Positions 30,790 to 40,724 are shown, counted from the stretch's first letter. The stretch is DNA of 64,000 nt from Minisyncoccia bacterium (GCA_038215155.1 JBBQRF010000003.1:553-64552); one strand, 5' to 3'. The notes: generated from the letters alone by a model not told the origin. Program-made: numbers and translations.

Positions 30790-32607
30790 TCATAGTTTTA
30801 GTTCTTGCAAGAATTGTTTCACTTGTTTTTGTTCAGCCAAAGCTCGTCTAGCCGCCATATACAGTGGCTGCAATAATTTTTCAAAATAACTTCGATCCCT
30901 AAGATTCTCAATTTTCCCTAATACATCTCTTGCTTTATCCAGGTGATATAAAATTTTTTCACTAACTGAGATAATTGTTTTTTCGGCAAAAATTTTTTGA
31001 AAAGTTTTTTCTTTATTTTTAAGATTTAATTTTTGAATGCTCGAGCAAGTGTAAGATTTAATAATCTCAGTCGAAACGCTATTAAGACGCCCCGCTTCGA
31101 GATCACTCCACCAATCATGTGCATCGTCGTTTAACTGTCTAGCAATTAAATAATGATGGTAATATTTTTTAATTTTCGGTCCGATAAAATAAATGGCAGC
31201 GATGGCTATTCCGATAGATTTTTCCGCTAGAATTGAAAAATCTCCATAATTAGGTAAAGAAAGGACAGACCATTTTTTAGCAGATTTAATTAGGCGGGTG
31301 TTTTGTATTTCCCAAGCATTAGCGAGCTCCATCTCCAAGAGGATTTGGTGAATAAATTCCAAAGACTTTGAGGAAGATAAGTTCTCATAAATTTTTAGCA
31401 TCTCTCTGTTTGAATGATTGGCAATTAGTAAACTTTCAATGGGGAGTTCATGATCCAGCAGATTATCATAAATTGTGTAAGAGAGGGTGCCATAAAGACT
31501 CGCTTGTCCTAAAAGAATATGGAATTTCTCGGGAATGCTCTGTCCTAGGCTGCGGATGACGTAATAGGGAATTAAAGTAATGGAATTTAAATGGTCTGTT
31601 TGCAGCAAAGGGTCGAGTATTTTTTCAGCCTGTAGAAACAGCTGATGAGGGAATTGCCGTAGACTCTGGCGTACCCACATTTTGATTTCTTTTTGTAATA
31701 AGAGGAGCGCATCGTCTGGCACTTTCTTTTGATTTTCTTCTTTTTTGAAAAAGAGTGTAAGAGCCTCTAATATGAAACTGGCAGTTAGGTAGGAACTTCC
31801 CGCCACAACAGGCTTTCCTCTTATATACTCTTCAACGTATAACGGGTAAACGCGCCAATTTTTCTGCTCACTGATTTTTAATAAGTGACTGATCGCTTTC
31901 TGTAAACCTTCTTTTTTTGCTCCAAATCTAATCAAAGTACTTAGAGCGAGTGCAGTTTCCAAATCATTGCTCCATAAACCATTTGGATTTTGATGCTTTA
32001 GGATTTCCTGGCAGGCCTCTAATTCGCAATTACCGTCATAAAACTTTGAAAGGAAATAGAAAGTTATGATGGGCGAGAGATAATATTTAGATTTTATAAA
32101 GGGTTTTTTAATGAAGCCTTCAGCTAATTTATTTAGGGGCGGTAGAGAAATTTCTTGGAGTCTTAGAAAAAAACCAATATTAAAATTAACCACTATATCA
32201 ACGTCATTCCATTTAGGACGAAGAGTTTTCGAAACGATCCAGGTGTAATAAGGTCCACCCGGCTTTATTTCAGAAGATATTAAATGGGAGGTATAACTAG
32301 CCAAGGCATCCGGGTTAATTAGAGAAGGGCAGTGTATTTTAATAGCCGAAATAATAACGGAAATATCATCTAAATCGGCAGGTAGGAGATTTTGGCGATC
32401 TTTATTCCGCCAATATTTCCAAGTCCAATTTAGGCCCTTATGATTTAGTAATAAATCTATATCCCTCTTAGCTAATTTTTTAACTAGGGTTTCTTCTTTT
32501 AACTCTGCCAGAGAATTTAGTATTAATGCCTCCTCAAAATTATTTAACGAAGGGGGTTTCTTGAGAAGATAGTTGAGAATTGATTTGTTGATTTTTTGGA
32601 GATTCAT
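30790..32607 (-). CDS. Putative bifunctional terpenoid enzyme: class II cyclase beta domain plus class I isoprenoid-synthase domain
   Basis: PADLDD (DxDD) and QW motif QNPNGLW; C-terminal YDNLLD and RQLNDDAHD..DLEAG. Confidence 0.65.
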   Translation of the reverse strand: MNLQKINKSILNYLLKKPPSLNNFEEALILNSLAELKEETLVKKLAKRDIDLLLNHKGLNWTWKYWRNKDRQNLLPADLDDISVIISAIKIHCPSLINPDALASYTSHLISSEIKPGGPYYTWIVSKTLRPKWNDVDIVVNFNIGFFLRLQEISLPPLNKLAEGFIKKPFIKSKYYLSPIITFYFLSKFYDGNCELEACQEILKHQNPNGLWSNDLETALALSTLIRFGAKKEGLQKAISHLLKISEQKNWRVYPLYVEEYIRGKPVVAGSSYLTASFILEALTLFFKKEENQKKVPDDALLLLQKEIKMWVRQSLRQFPHQLFLQAEKILDPLLQTDHLNSITLIPYYVIRSLGQSIPEKFHILLGQASLYGTLSYTIYDNLLDHELPIESLLIANHSNREMLKIYENLSSSKSLEFIHQILLEMELANAWEIQNTRLIKSAKKWSVLSLPNYGDFSILAEKSIGIAIAAIYFIGPKIKKYYHHYLIARQLNDDAHDWWSDLEAGRLNSVSTEIIKSYTCSSIQKLNLKNKEKTFQKIFAEKTIISVSEKILYHLDKARDVLGKIENLRDRSYFEKLLQPLYMAARRALAEQKQVKQFLQELKL

Positions 32608-34015
32608 TGATGATGGGAAAAGTAAGACAAAATACCGAACCGATCCCTTCTTTACTAGTTACTTGAATAGTGCCGTGTAAATCTTTTTTAGTAATCTGCT
32701 TTATAGTAGAAAGGCCAAGCCCAACTCCCTTTTGTTGTTTGGTAGTAAAGAATGGGTCAAAGATCTTCCCTAAAATATCCTCTTTAATGCCACAACCCCT
32801 GTCCGCTACAGTAATGGCAGCTAGTCCATTGGTTGTTTCTAGTCTAATTTCTATTGGTAATTTTTCTTCTAAATTTTCGTAAGAGTCTAGAGCGTTACAA
32901 ATTAGATTACTAACTACTTGTTGTAATCGAAGGGGATTACCCCAGACCTCAATTTTCTCCGGAGGCCAAAAGATAATTTCCACCCCTTCAGTTTTAGTTT
33001 TGTAGCCAAGTAGTAATATCACTTCATTTATCTGCTCATTTAAAGAAAAAAGCTCATAGGTTTCGGTTTGTTTTAATTGTTTTTTCACCACCTGCACGAA
33101 ATTTTCCATGCGATTGGCAGCCACTACTGCCCGATTAACACTCTCCTTTACTAAAGGAAGTTCTGAGTACACGGCGCTGTCTAAGTTATTGAGGTTTGCA
33201 CTAACGGCCGAGAGGGGATTGATTAGGTCATGAAATACGCCTGAAGATAGTCGGCCAAATTCCGCAAAACGATATAGCTCGGCCATTTTTTCGGCTTGTA
33301 GCTGGCGTAATTCACTAGTTCTCTCGGTTACTATTTGCTCTAAGTTTTTATTTTGCTCTTGAAGAGCACCCTCGGATCGGCGGGCTCTTTTTAGAGATTT
33401 AGTAATTTCTCGATTAGAGAGCCAGGAAATAAAGGAAATCATCAAATAGGTAAGGGAAAATTCCACTACGTCATTTATTTCAGTCTGGTCTTTCTTCCAT
33501 GCTTGGGCAAAACTAATTAAGCCGTGTCCATTTAAAATAGTGAAAGATATAATAGTAATGGCAATGATGAGAGTAGACAGAAATCCCACCCGGCTATCAA
33601 AAAGGATGCTGCTCATAATAATGATCAGGGCATAAATCAGAATGACTTGATATAAATCGGGTCCCCAACGGTAAGCGCTGTAAGTAGCTCCGGTATAATA
33701 AAGAATTAGTAGGAGAAAAGAAGCGAGTCTGAACAGGCCGTGGCGGGATAGGATAAGTAGAATAACAAATGAAAAGTAGATAAGGGTAAATGAGTAGAGA
33801 GGAATTCCTAAATAGCTTTCTTTGAAGAAAATCCAGTTAATCCATTCAACGATCAATATTGCTTCGAAGGTAGCTAAAAAGGAAATGGAACCGCAAAGGA
33901 TTATATTTAGAATTAATTCTTTTCGTTGGCTGTCTTCATCAGTTGAAAGAGGCCGCAAAAGAAGTTGGTAAAAACTAGAGGCATAGGGCGCCAAATAAGA
34001 ATATATTTTTTTCAT
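32540..34015 (-). CDS. Membrane sensor histidine kinase (orphan)
   Basis: About 6 TM segments, FHDLINPL H-box, [20 protein letters not shown] and GLGL motifs. Confidence 0.95.
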   Translation of the reverse strand: MKKIYSYLAPYASSFYQLLLRPLSTDEDSQRKELILNIILCGSISFLATFEAILIVEWINWIFFKESYLGIPLYSFTLIYFSFVILLILSRHGLFRLASFLLLILYYTGATYSAYRWGPDLYQVILIYALIIIMSSILFDSRVGFLSTLIIAITIISFTILNGHGLISFAQAWKKDQTEINDVVEFSLTYLMISFISWLSNREITKSLKRARRSEGALQEQNKNLEQIVTERTSELRQLQAEKMAELYRFAEFGRLSSGVFHDLINPLSAVSANLNNLDSAVYSELPLVKESVNRAVVAANRMENFVQVVKKQLKQTETYELFSLNEQINEVILLLGYKTKTEGVEIIFWPPEKIEVWGNPLRLQQVVSNLICNALDSYENLEEKLPIEIRLETTNGLAAITVADRGCGIKEDILGKIFDPFFTTKQQKGVGLGLSTIKQITKKDLHGTIQVTSKEGIGSVFCLTFPIINESPKNQQINSQLSSQETPFVK

Positions 34016-34344
34016 TCATTCAAATCTAAGCGCCATTATACCCGTAGTTTTGAAGGCAAGATAGCTTCTATTTTAGACGTTATCCCACGGACTAAAAGCC
34101 TCATTCAAGGCAGCAGCCTTAATCTCTTCTTTTTGGCGAGAAGCTTTATTTAGAAGCATTTTAGCCATTAAACTTTTCATAATTTTATTTATTAAATGAT
34201 AATGTTTCCGCTCGACCTATCAGAACATTAGTCATTTTGGCATTTAGAGGTTAAAGGAAAATTAAAGTTTTATTAAAATCTACCTATTAATTATATACAA
34301 AGACGTGGTATAATAATTCTATTAACAATTAAGGAACTAAATCA

Positions 34345-34599
34345 ATGGCAAAAGAAAATTCAGCATTTATGAAACCGATGAATTTGAGCCCTGAACTGGA
34401 AGCGGTGGTAGGAAAGGGTCCAATGCCTCGATCGGAAGTGGTAAAAGCCCTCTGGGTCTATATCAAGAAGAATAATTTACAGGATCCGACTAACAAGCGA
34501 AACATCAATGCAGATGATAAGTTGGAGAAAGTCTTTGGAGGAAAGAAGACGGTTAATATGTTTGAAATGACTAAGTTGGTGAGCAAGCATATTTCATAA
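34345..34599 (+). CDS. Stand-alone SWIB/MDM2-domain protein
   Basis: LSPEL..VG...RSEVVK.LW.YIK.NNLQDP.NKR.I.AD motif. Confidence 0.93.
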   Translation: MAKENSAFMKPMNLSPELEAVVGKGPMPRSEVVKALWVYIKKNNLQDPTNKRNINADDKLEKVFGGKKTVNMFEMTKLVSKHIS

Positions 34600-34620
34600 G
34601 TAAAATAGATTTAGTATTTT

Positions 34621-34662
34621 AGAACCCAGACGGGCACCTTACGGTGCCCGTCTGGGTTCTTT
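34621..34662 (+). terminator. Intrinsic terminator
   Basis: AGAACCCAGACGGGCACC-TTAC-GGTGCCCGTCTGGGTTCT. Confidence 0.8.
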
Positions 34663-34680
34663 CATGTTAGAATAAAGAAA

Positions 34681-35766
34681 ATGTTTCGTCGTCTTTTTAT
34701 TATTCTCCTTTTGCTTTTAGCCACTTTTAGCATATTCCTCCTTTTAAGTATTGTTTTTCCTTTTAACCCGGTTATTTACCAAATAGGAAAAAAGACCGCT
34801 GGCCTCGATAAGGCAGTGATCAAGGTCAAAGATATTTTTGAAGGCCAGTACAGGGAGATAGACCACCTTCTATATGATAAAAAGATGATTGCTCTGGCTA
34901 ATAACCCCCAACTAGCGACCAGCTCTACTTCTACTATCAAAAACCTTTGGCCAGTAAAAAATGATGCCTATCCTCTAGGAGGGGCTATCCTGCCTTTTCA
35001 TAGAATTGTGGCTTATTATGGGAATTTTTATTCTAAAAATATGGGCGTTCTTGGTCAATATCCACCAGATGAGATGATCAGCCGTCTTTCGGTGGAAGTA
35101 AAAAAATGGCAAGAAGCTGATCCAGAAATCCCAGTCATTCCAGCCATTCACTACATTGCCGTAACGGCCCAAGGAATGGCAGGCACAGATAATAAATATC
35201 GCCTCCGCATGCCCGACGATCAAATTCAAAAGGCCATTGATTTGGCTGGCCAAATCAATGGCCTGGTCTTCCTAGATATTCAAGTCGGTCAAAGTAATTT
35301 AGAGGCTGAGATTCCTGCTTTAGAAAAATATTTGAAGTTACCACAAGTACATTTAGCAATTGATCCAGAATTTTCTATGAAGAGCGCCGCAAAACCAGGC
35401 AGTATCATTGGCACCATGGACGCGAACGACATAAATTACGCTACTAATTTTTTGGCTAAAATAGTTAATGAAAATCATTTACCGCCTAAGATTTTAATTG
35501 TGCACAGATTCACTCAGAATATGGTTACTAATTATCAAAATATTAAATTATTACCAGAAGTGCAGATTGTCATGGATATGGATGGGTGGGGACCAGAAGC
35601 AAAAAAGATTGGCACATACAAACAAGTTATTTTTCCCTATCCCGTGCAGTTTGCCGGCTTCAAACTTTTTTATAAAAACGACACCCTCTCCGCTTCAAGT
35701 AGTTTGCTAGTGGCGAAAGATCTTTTAAAGCTTCGACCAATTCCTATTTATATTCAATATCAGTAA
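34681..35766 (+). CDS. Conserved membrane-anchored hypothetical protein
   Basis: N-terminal TM; RIVAYYG, FLDIQVG, HLAIDPEF and MDGWG...K motifs. Confidence 0.75.
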   Translation: MFRRLFIILLLLLATFSIFLLLSIVFPFNPVIYQIGKKTAGLDKAVIKVKDIFEGQYREIDHLLYDKKMIALANNPQLATSSTSTIKNLWPVKNDAYPLGGAILPFHRIVAYYGNFYSKNMGVLGQYPPDEMISRLSVEVKKWQEADPEIPVIPAIHYIAVTAQGMAGTDNKYRLRMPDDQIQKAIDLAGQINGLVFLDIQVGQSNLEAEIPALEKYLKLPQVHLAIDPEFSMKSAAKPGSIIGTMDANDINYATNFLAKIVNENHLPPKILIVHRFTQNMVTNYQNIKLLPEVQIVMDMDGWGPEAKKIGTYKQVIFPYPVQFAGFKLFYKNDTLSASSSLLVAKDLLKLRPIPIYIQYQ

Positions 35767-35804
35767 AGGTTGACAAAATAGGGTTAGAGAAGTTATATAA
35801 GGAT

Positions 35805-36728
35805 ATGAAAACCCTTAAATCCGCTTCATTTTTAGTAATTCTGTTTCTTACCTTTTTGGCTTTGCCGGGAAAGAGTCTGGCCGCCGTACCCACCCTTAGT
35901 TTAAATAGCTTTAACAATAATTCTGTTCAAGTGACCGTAAATGGAGATCCCAATTCTTCCATTACCCTTTACTACTACTCGATAGGCAATTCTAACGTCA
36001 ATAACATCGGTAATATTGGCACTACTAATTCGAGCGGCTATTTTTCCACCAACTTAAATAATGGTTCGTATAACATTCCAGCCGGTAGCAATGTTTACAC
36101 AGTAGTGAACGGTCAACAATCAAATCAAGTTAATTGGCCGTACAACAATAATTACAACAACAATAATAATTCCATTTCCTTTAGTCAGAATAATATTTCT
36201 CTAAATGCCGGGCAGGGGATGACCATTACTATTTATGGAGCAAGTAGTTTCTATGTTTCTTCAAACTCTAATTCCAATATCGTATCTAGCACCCTAAGCG
36301 GTAACGCTTTGAATTTGTACGGCCAAAATTCTGGCTCGGCCACTCTAACCATTTGCTCAAGCAATGGAAATTCAAGTTGTGGCACCTTATACGTAAATGT
36401 TAATGGGAATTACGGCAATGGAAATTATGGTGGCTATAACAACAACAACAATGGCTGCTATTACAGCAACGGCTACTATAATTGTCCGAACAACAATTCC
36501 GCTAACTATTCTAATCCAGTCATTTATACTCAAACCGAACCTTCTAATTATTCAGGAGCCTATGGGAGCCCTTCGGCCGGAGTATTTTTAAGCCAAGTAC
36601 CGGCGACGGGAGGCGCAGTTAACCTTAAAATGACTCTTTTCTTTCTAGGGCTATTTAGCTGGAGCGCCTTCCTAAGTTATCTATATCTTAGCCACCGAGC
36701 GTTGAAAAAGTCCTTGACGAACATTTAG
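35805..36728 (+). CDS. Asn/Ser-rich secreted surface protein with C-terminal VPATG-TM-basic tail
   Basis: Signal peptide, beta-rich low-complexity body, SQVPATG followed by a hydrophobic helix and HRALKK. Confidence 0.7.
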   Translation: MKTLKSASFLVILFLTFLALPGKSLAAVPTLSLNSFNNNSVQVTVNGDPNSSITLYYYSIGNSNVNNIGNIGTTNSSGYFSTNLNNGSYNIPAGSNVYTVVNGQQSNQVNWPYNNNYNNNNNSISFSQNNISLNAGQGMTITIYGASSFYVSSNSNSNIVSSTLSGNALNLYGQNSGSATLTICSSNGNSSCGTLYVNVNGNYGNGNYGGYNNNNNGCYYSNGYYNCPNNNSANYSNPVIYTQTEPSNYSGAYGSPSAGVFLSQVPATGGAVNLKMTLFFLGLFSWSAFLSYLYLSHRALKKSLTNI

Positions 36729-36808
36729 TCCTGTGTAATATCGGCTTTAGTCATACGTTATATTATTAAGTAAAGTCGTTTGCTTATTAGTTACTAAATC
36801 TTACTTTT

Positions 36809-36907
36809 ATGACAAGTTTAATGATAGTAAATCTTTCTTTCTTGCTAGCAGGGGCCGCCATGGTTCTTGGAACTATTGCTTATTCTTACCGACGCTGGGG
36901 CAATTAA
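36809..36907 (+). CDS. 32-aa membrane microprotein, absent from the ORF track
   Basis: MTSLMIVNLSFLLAGAAMVLGTIAYSYRRWGN. Upstream TTGACG, 16 nt, TAATAT (36714-36741); downstream 22-bp hairpin. Confidence 0.55.
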   Translation: MTSLMIVNLSFLLAGAAMVLGTIAYSYRRWGN

Positions 36908-36918
36908 TCTAAGACCTT

Positions 36919-36970
36919 GAAAAGCCCGAGAGAATTTTGCCAGAAGCAAAATTCTCTCGGGCTTTTCTTC
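36919..36970 (+). terminator. 22-bp hairpin terminator
   Basis: GAAAAGCCCGAGAGAATTTTGC-CAGAA-GCAAAATTCTCTCGGGCTTTTC. Confidence 0.75.
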
Positions 36971-37035
36971 ATGAGTAAACTCATCAAAAAAGGCGATATG
37001 ATATGATAATTAAATTAATAAATTAAAAAATCGAT

Positions 37036-37524
37036 ATGAATAAAAAACTAGTAATAACTCTTTTGACGATAGTTTTGATTGTCGTCGTGGGATGGGCAGT
37101 AATTCACTCAAGTAATGGCACCAATGATACTAGTGTTCAAGATTCAGGCAATTCTGCCCCTAAAACCACCGAAGAAGGCACAGGAGCAGCCACTATTACT
37201 ACAATCACTAACAGCACTACCACTAGCCAAACAACTGGTACTCCAGCGGTGAAGAGCTTTACAATTCATGGTCAAGATTATTCTTTCAGCCCCAATCAAA
37301 TTAGTGTTAATAAAGGGGATACAGTAAAAATCACTTTTATCGATGACGACGGCTACCACAACTTAATAATAGAAGGTTTGAATGTTAAGACCCAAACTAT
37401 TCCTTCCGGAAAGACTGATAGCGTTACTTTTGTGGCTTCCAAGACCGGAAGTTTCAATTTTTATTGTTCCGTTGGGAACCACCGTGCTGAAGGAATGACG
37501 GGAGTATTGGTGGTTAAAGGATAA
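37036..37524 (+). CDS. Membrane-anchored cupredoxin (type 1 copper)
   Basis: FSPNQI.V.KGD.V, HN, FYCSVGNH..GM (His/Cys/His/Met ligands); Thr-rich stalk. Confidence 0.9.
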   Translation: MNKKLVITLLTIVLIVVVGWAVIHSSNGTNDTSVQDSGNSAPKTTEEGTGAATITTITNSTTTSQTTGTPAVKSFTIHGQDYSFSPNQISVNKGDTVKITFIDDDGYHNLIIEGLNVKTQTIPSGKTDSVTFVASKTGSFNFYCSVGNHRAEGMTGVLVVKG

Positions 37525-37536
37525 TTACCACTTTCA

Positions 37537-39036
37537 ATGAAATTTATTGATGACATGTTAAATAAGACTAGCATGTATGGTTTAACCCTATACGGATTAA
37601 TTTCTCTTGCCTTCATCTCAACTATTTTTAGTCTCCTTGGCCTAATTACTATTAGCTGGCTTTCTTTAGTTATCACTTTATTACTACTGATTGCAGTTTG
37701 CGGATTAGTTAATTATCTGTTTAGTCTAGTCTTAAAAATTCCACTCAACCAAGAATCCTCTCACATTAGCGCCTTAATTCTTTTTTTTGTTCTCAATCCT
37801 GTTTCGGACCTGAGGAGTTTTTATGTGGCCATACTGGCTGCCACTCTAGCCATGACTTCTAAATATGTTCTGAATATCTGCGGTAAACACATTTTTAATC
37901 CAGCGGCTATCAGCGTCTTTATTTTAGATCTTGTGGGAATTCACGCCGCAATTTGGTGGGTTTCTTCACCCATTTTAATTTTACCGATTATTATCCTTGG
38001 ATTTTTAATTTTGCGTAAAATTAAACGTCTAGGTCTATTTACTTCCTTTGCCATAACTAGTCTCCTAACTATATTCCTATTCCAATTTAGAGATTTCTCT
38101 CAGGGCCTACTTGATTTAGAGCAAGCCATTATTTGGGGGCCATTAGTATTTTTCGGCACCATCATGCTGACTGAACCCTTTACCTTACCGCCGACCACTG
38201 TTAAAAGATCTATTTACGGCGTTCTGGTGGGTTTTCTGTTCGGATTGCCATACCATCTTGGTCCTCTGTTCTCTAGTCCAGAAACCGCGTTAATTGTAGG
38301 AAATATTTTTTCATATTTAGTAAGCTTTAAATCTAAAATTAAATTATTTTTAGTAAGGAAAGAACAGATTTCCGATCATCTTTATGATTTAGTTTTCCGC
38401 CCAGAAAGAAGCTTCGCCTATCAAGCAGGGCAGTATATGGAGTGGACCATGTCCAATGTTTCTTTCAATTTAAAAGGCAACCGTCGTTACTTTACTTTGG
38501 CTTCTTCTCCTACAGAAAAAGATATTCGTTTGGGTATTAGTTATCATCCGGACTACCCCAGCGCCTTCAAAGAGAAAATGCTCTCCATGAAAGAAGGTGA
38601 GAGTCTCGTCGCTGATAATCTGGCGGGAGACTTTGTTCTTCCGCGAAACCCAAAAGAGAAAATGGTTTTCATCGCGGGAGGGATTGGAGTTACACCATTT
38701 CGAAGCATGATTAAATACCTTATCGACAAAAAGGAGCAACGAGACATTATTATTTTTTACTCCGTAACCAAGAATGCCGATCTGGCTTACCAAGACGTTA
38801 TTCAAGAAGCTCAAACTAATGTAGGGATTAAATTCATAAGGGTGATTACGGATGAAAAAATTCAAGATGAAATACCTTCCAAAATCACCGTCGATTTAAT
38901 AAAGAGAGAAATTCCGGACTATAAAGAAAGAATTTTCTATCTCTCCGGTCCTCCCGGTATGGTTAAGAATTTCCAGAGCCTGTTAGTGAAGTTAGGAGTG
39001 AAAAAAATCAAGACAGACTTCTTCACCGGCTATTAG
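37537..39036 (+). CDS. RnfD/NqrB-like membrane domain fused to FAD/NAD(P)H ferredoxin-reductase domain
   Basis: SKY......HIFNPAA and MLTEP.T.P in the membrane part; RYFTLASSP, AGGIGVTPFRS and YLSGPPGMV in the soluble part. Confidence 0.85.
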   Translation: MKFIDDMLNKTSMYGLTLYGLISLAFISTIFSLLGLITISWLSLVITLLLLIAVCGLVNYLFSLVLKIPLNQESSHISALILFFVLNPVSDLRSFYVAILAATLAMTSKYVLNICGKHIFNPAAISVFILDLVGIHAAIWWVSSPILILPIIILGFLILRKIKRLGLFTSFAITSLLTIFLFQFRDFSQGLLDLEQAIIWGPLVFFGTIMLTEPFTLPPTTVKRSIYGVLVGFLFGLPYHLGPLFSSPETALIVGNIFSYLVSFKSKIKLFLVRKEQISDHLYDLVFRPERSFAYQAGQYMEWTMSNVSFNLKGNRRYFTLASSPTEKDIRLGISYHPDYPSAFKEKMLSMKEGESLVADNLAGDFVLPRNPKEKMVFIAGGIGVTPFRSMIKYLIDKKEQRDIIIFYSVTKNADLAYQDVIQEAQTNVGIKFIRVITDEKIQDEIPSKITVDLIKREIPDYKERIFYLSGPPGMVKNFQSLLVKLGVKKIKTDFFTGY

Positions 39037-39089
39037 AAGATGACAAAGGATGACAAGGATAGAGTTCTGTGGTTAACTACTGCTACTCT

Positions 39090-40691
39090 ATGAATTTATC
39101 TAAAATCTGGCTAACAATAAAGGCCCATAAGGTAATTTCAGCTATTGTTATGGGTGCTATATTGATTTCAGCTTTTATTGGAATAAAGAAGGTAATAGCT
39201 GTAAATAGCCCCACTGAATATCTCTTAGGTACAGTTAGCACTAGCTCATTAGTGGCTACAGTAGAAGGAACGGGAGAAGTCTCTGCCAAAAATCAATTAA
39301 ACATTCTTCCTGAGGGTAATGGTCAGATTGTCAAAGTGTTGGCTCACCAGGGAGACAAGTTAAGAGCTGGTCAAGCCATTGCCATTATTGATGAAAAAAA
39401 CGCCAATGTTTCTTTGGCGCAGGCTCGGGCGGCCCTTCACTCCGCTGAGGCAAATTACAATAAATTAATCAATGGGGCCACAGGATCGACTCTGAACCAA
39501 GGACAAGTAAGTGTTCAGTCTTCTCTGAATAATCTAATAATTGCCGAACAGAGTGCTTTCACTCAATCAGATAATTTGATCCGTACCGACCTAGACAAGT
39601 TTTTCAATTCACCAACTGGCTTCTCACCTCAATTTCAGATTACATTTTATGACAGCAACACTAACTCCATAATAAAATTATCTCCGGCCGATCAAAATCA
39701 AACTCTAAATCTAAACTCTGAAAGAGTAGTTATTCAACAAGTACTCAATACCTGGCGATCTGATGTGGCGGCAAGCTCCAGTCTGGATATCTCTATTAAG
39801 ACTATCCGAACACTGCAGTATCTTAATCAGCTCAAAACCTTTGTTAACAATATTTCGGAAGCAGTGAATGCTGTTTATTTAAGTCAAACTAAATATCAGA
39901 CGAACTTAGATGTTATTAAGACAGACGTGGCGGCTGCAAGGGTTTCGATTGATAATCTCATTAATAATATCCAAACTAATCAGCAAGCCATTGCTAGTGC
40001 CCGGGCCAATTATTCCCTAACCACCGCCCCAGCTAGAGAAGAAGACGTCGCTATCTTAAAAGCCAATTTAGAAAGCGCCCAGGCCTCATATCAAGCAGCT
40101 GCAAATGCCTACAATAATAATATTATTAAAGCACCTTTTGCTGGCCAATTAGCTGTTCTCAATTCAAAACTAGGAGACGTAGTAAACGGTACGACGGTTG
40201 TGGGTATTCTAGTCACTCCACAAAAATTAGCAGAAATTACTTTAAATGAAGTCGATGTAGCTAAAATTACGGTTGGTAATCCGGCCACTCTTTCTCTTGA
40301 CGCCATACCAGACACAGTAGCTAGCGGTACAATAGTTGAAATTGATAGCGTCGGATCGTCCAATCAAGGAGTGGTGAGTTATAAAGTAAAAATTAGTATT
40401 GATAATTCTGATACGAGGATTCTTTCTGGTATGAGTGTTTCTGCTAGTATTGTTACCTTATCAAAATCAAATGTATTAGTAGTGCCTAAGACGGCTATAA
40501 AGACTACTAATGCAGGACTTCATTACGTTGAGAAATTCTCGGGACAGAATAAAGCCGGGAACATATCTACAAAGTCTAAGCCCGCAGAAGTAAATATTTC
40601 CACAGGATTTTCTAATGACACAGAGACAGAGATAATTAGCGGATTATCATCAGGTGAAGTCATTGTTTTTAAAGTGATTCCAAAGAAATAA
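39090..40691 (+). CDS. HlyD/MacA-like membrane fusion (adaptor) protein
   Basis: TM, biotinyl-like G.I..V...GD, long coiled coil, IKAPFAG, EVDV.KI..G, GMS and EIISGL..GE motifs. Confidence 0.88.
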   Translation: MNLSKIWLTIKAHKVISAIVMGAILISAFIGIKKVIAVNSPTEYLLGTVSTSSLVATVEGTGEVSAKNQLNILPEGNGQIVKVLAHQGDKLRAGQAIAIIDEKNANVSLAQARAALHSAEANYNKLINGATGSTLNQGQVSVQSSLNNLIIAEQSAFTQSDNLIRTDLDKFFNSPTGFSPQFQITFYDSNTNSIIKLSPADQNQTLNLNSERVVIQQVLNTWRSDVAASSSLDISIKTIRTLQYLNQLKTFVNNISEAVNAVYLSQTKYQTNLDVIKTDVAAARVSIDNLINNIQTNQQAIASARANYSLTTAPAREEDVAILKANLESAQASYQAAANAYNNNIIKAPFAGQLAVLNSKLGDVVNGTTVVGILVTPQKLAEITLNEVDVAKITVGNPATLSLDAIPDTVASGTIVEIDSVGSSNQGVVSYKVKISIDNSDTRILSGMSVSASIVTLSKSNVLVVPKTAIKTTNAGLHYVEKFSGQNKAGNISTKSKPAEVNISTGFSNDTETEIISGLSSGEVIVFKVIPKK

Positions 40692-40724
40692 ATTAGGTAA
40701 ATGCCCTTGTAGTACAATCTCCAT

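Noticed and set aside
36140-36500. AAC/AAT reiterations as a contingency repeat
   Set aside because: Imperfect in-frame Asn codons reflecting protein low complexity.
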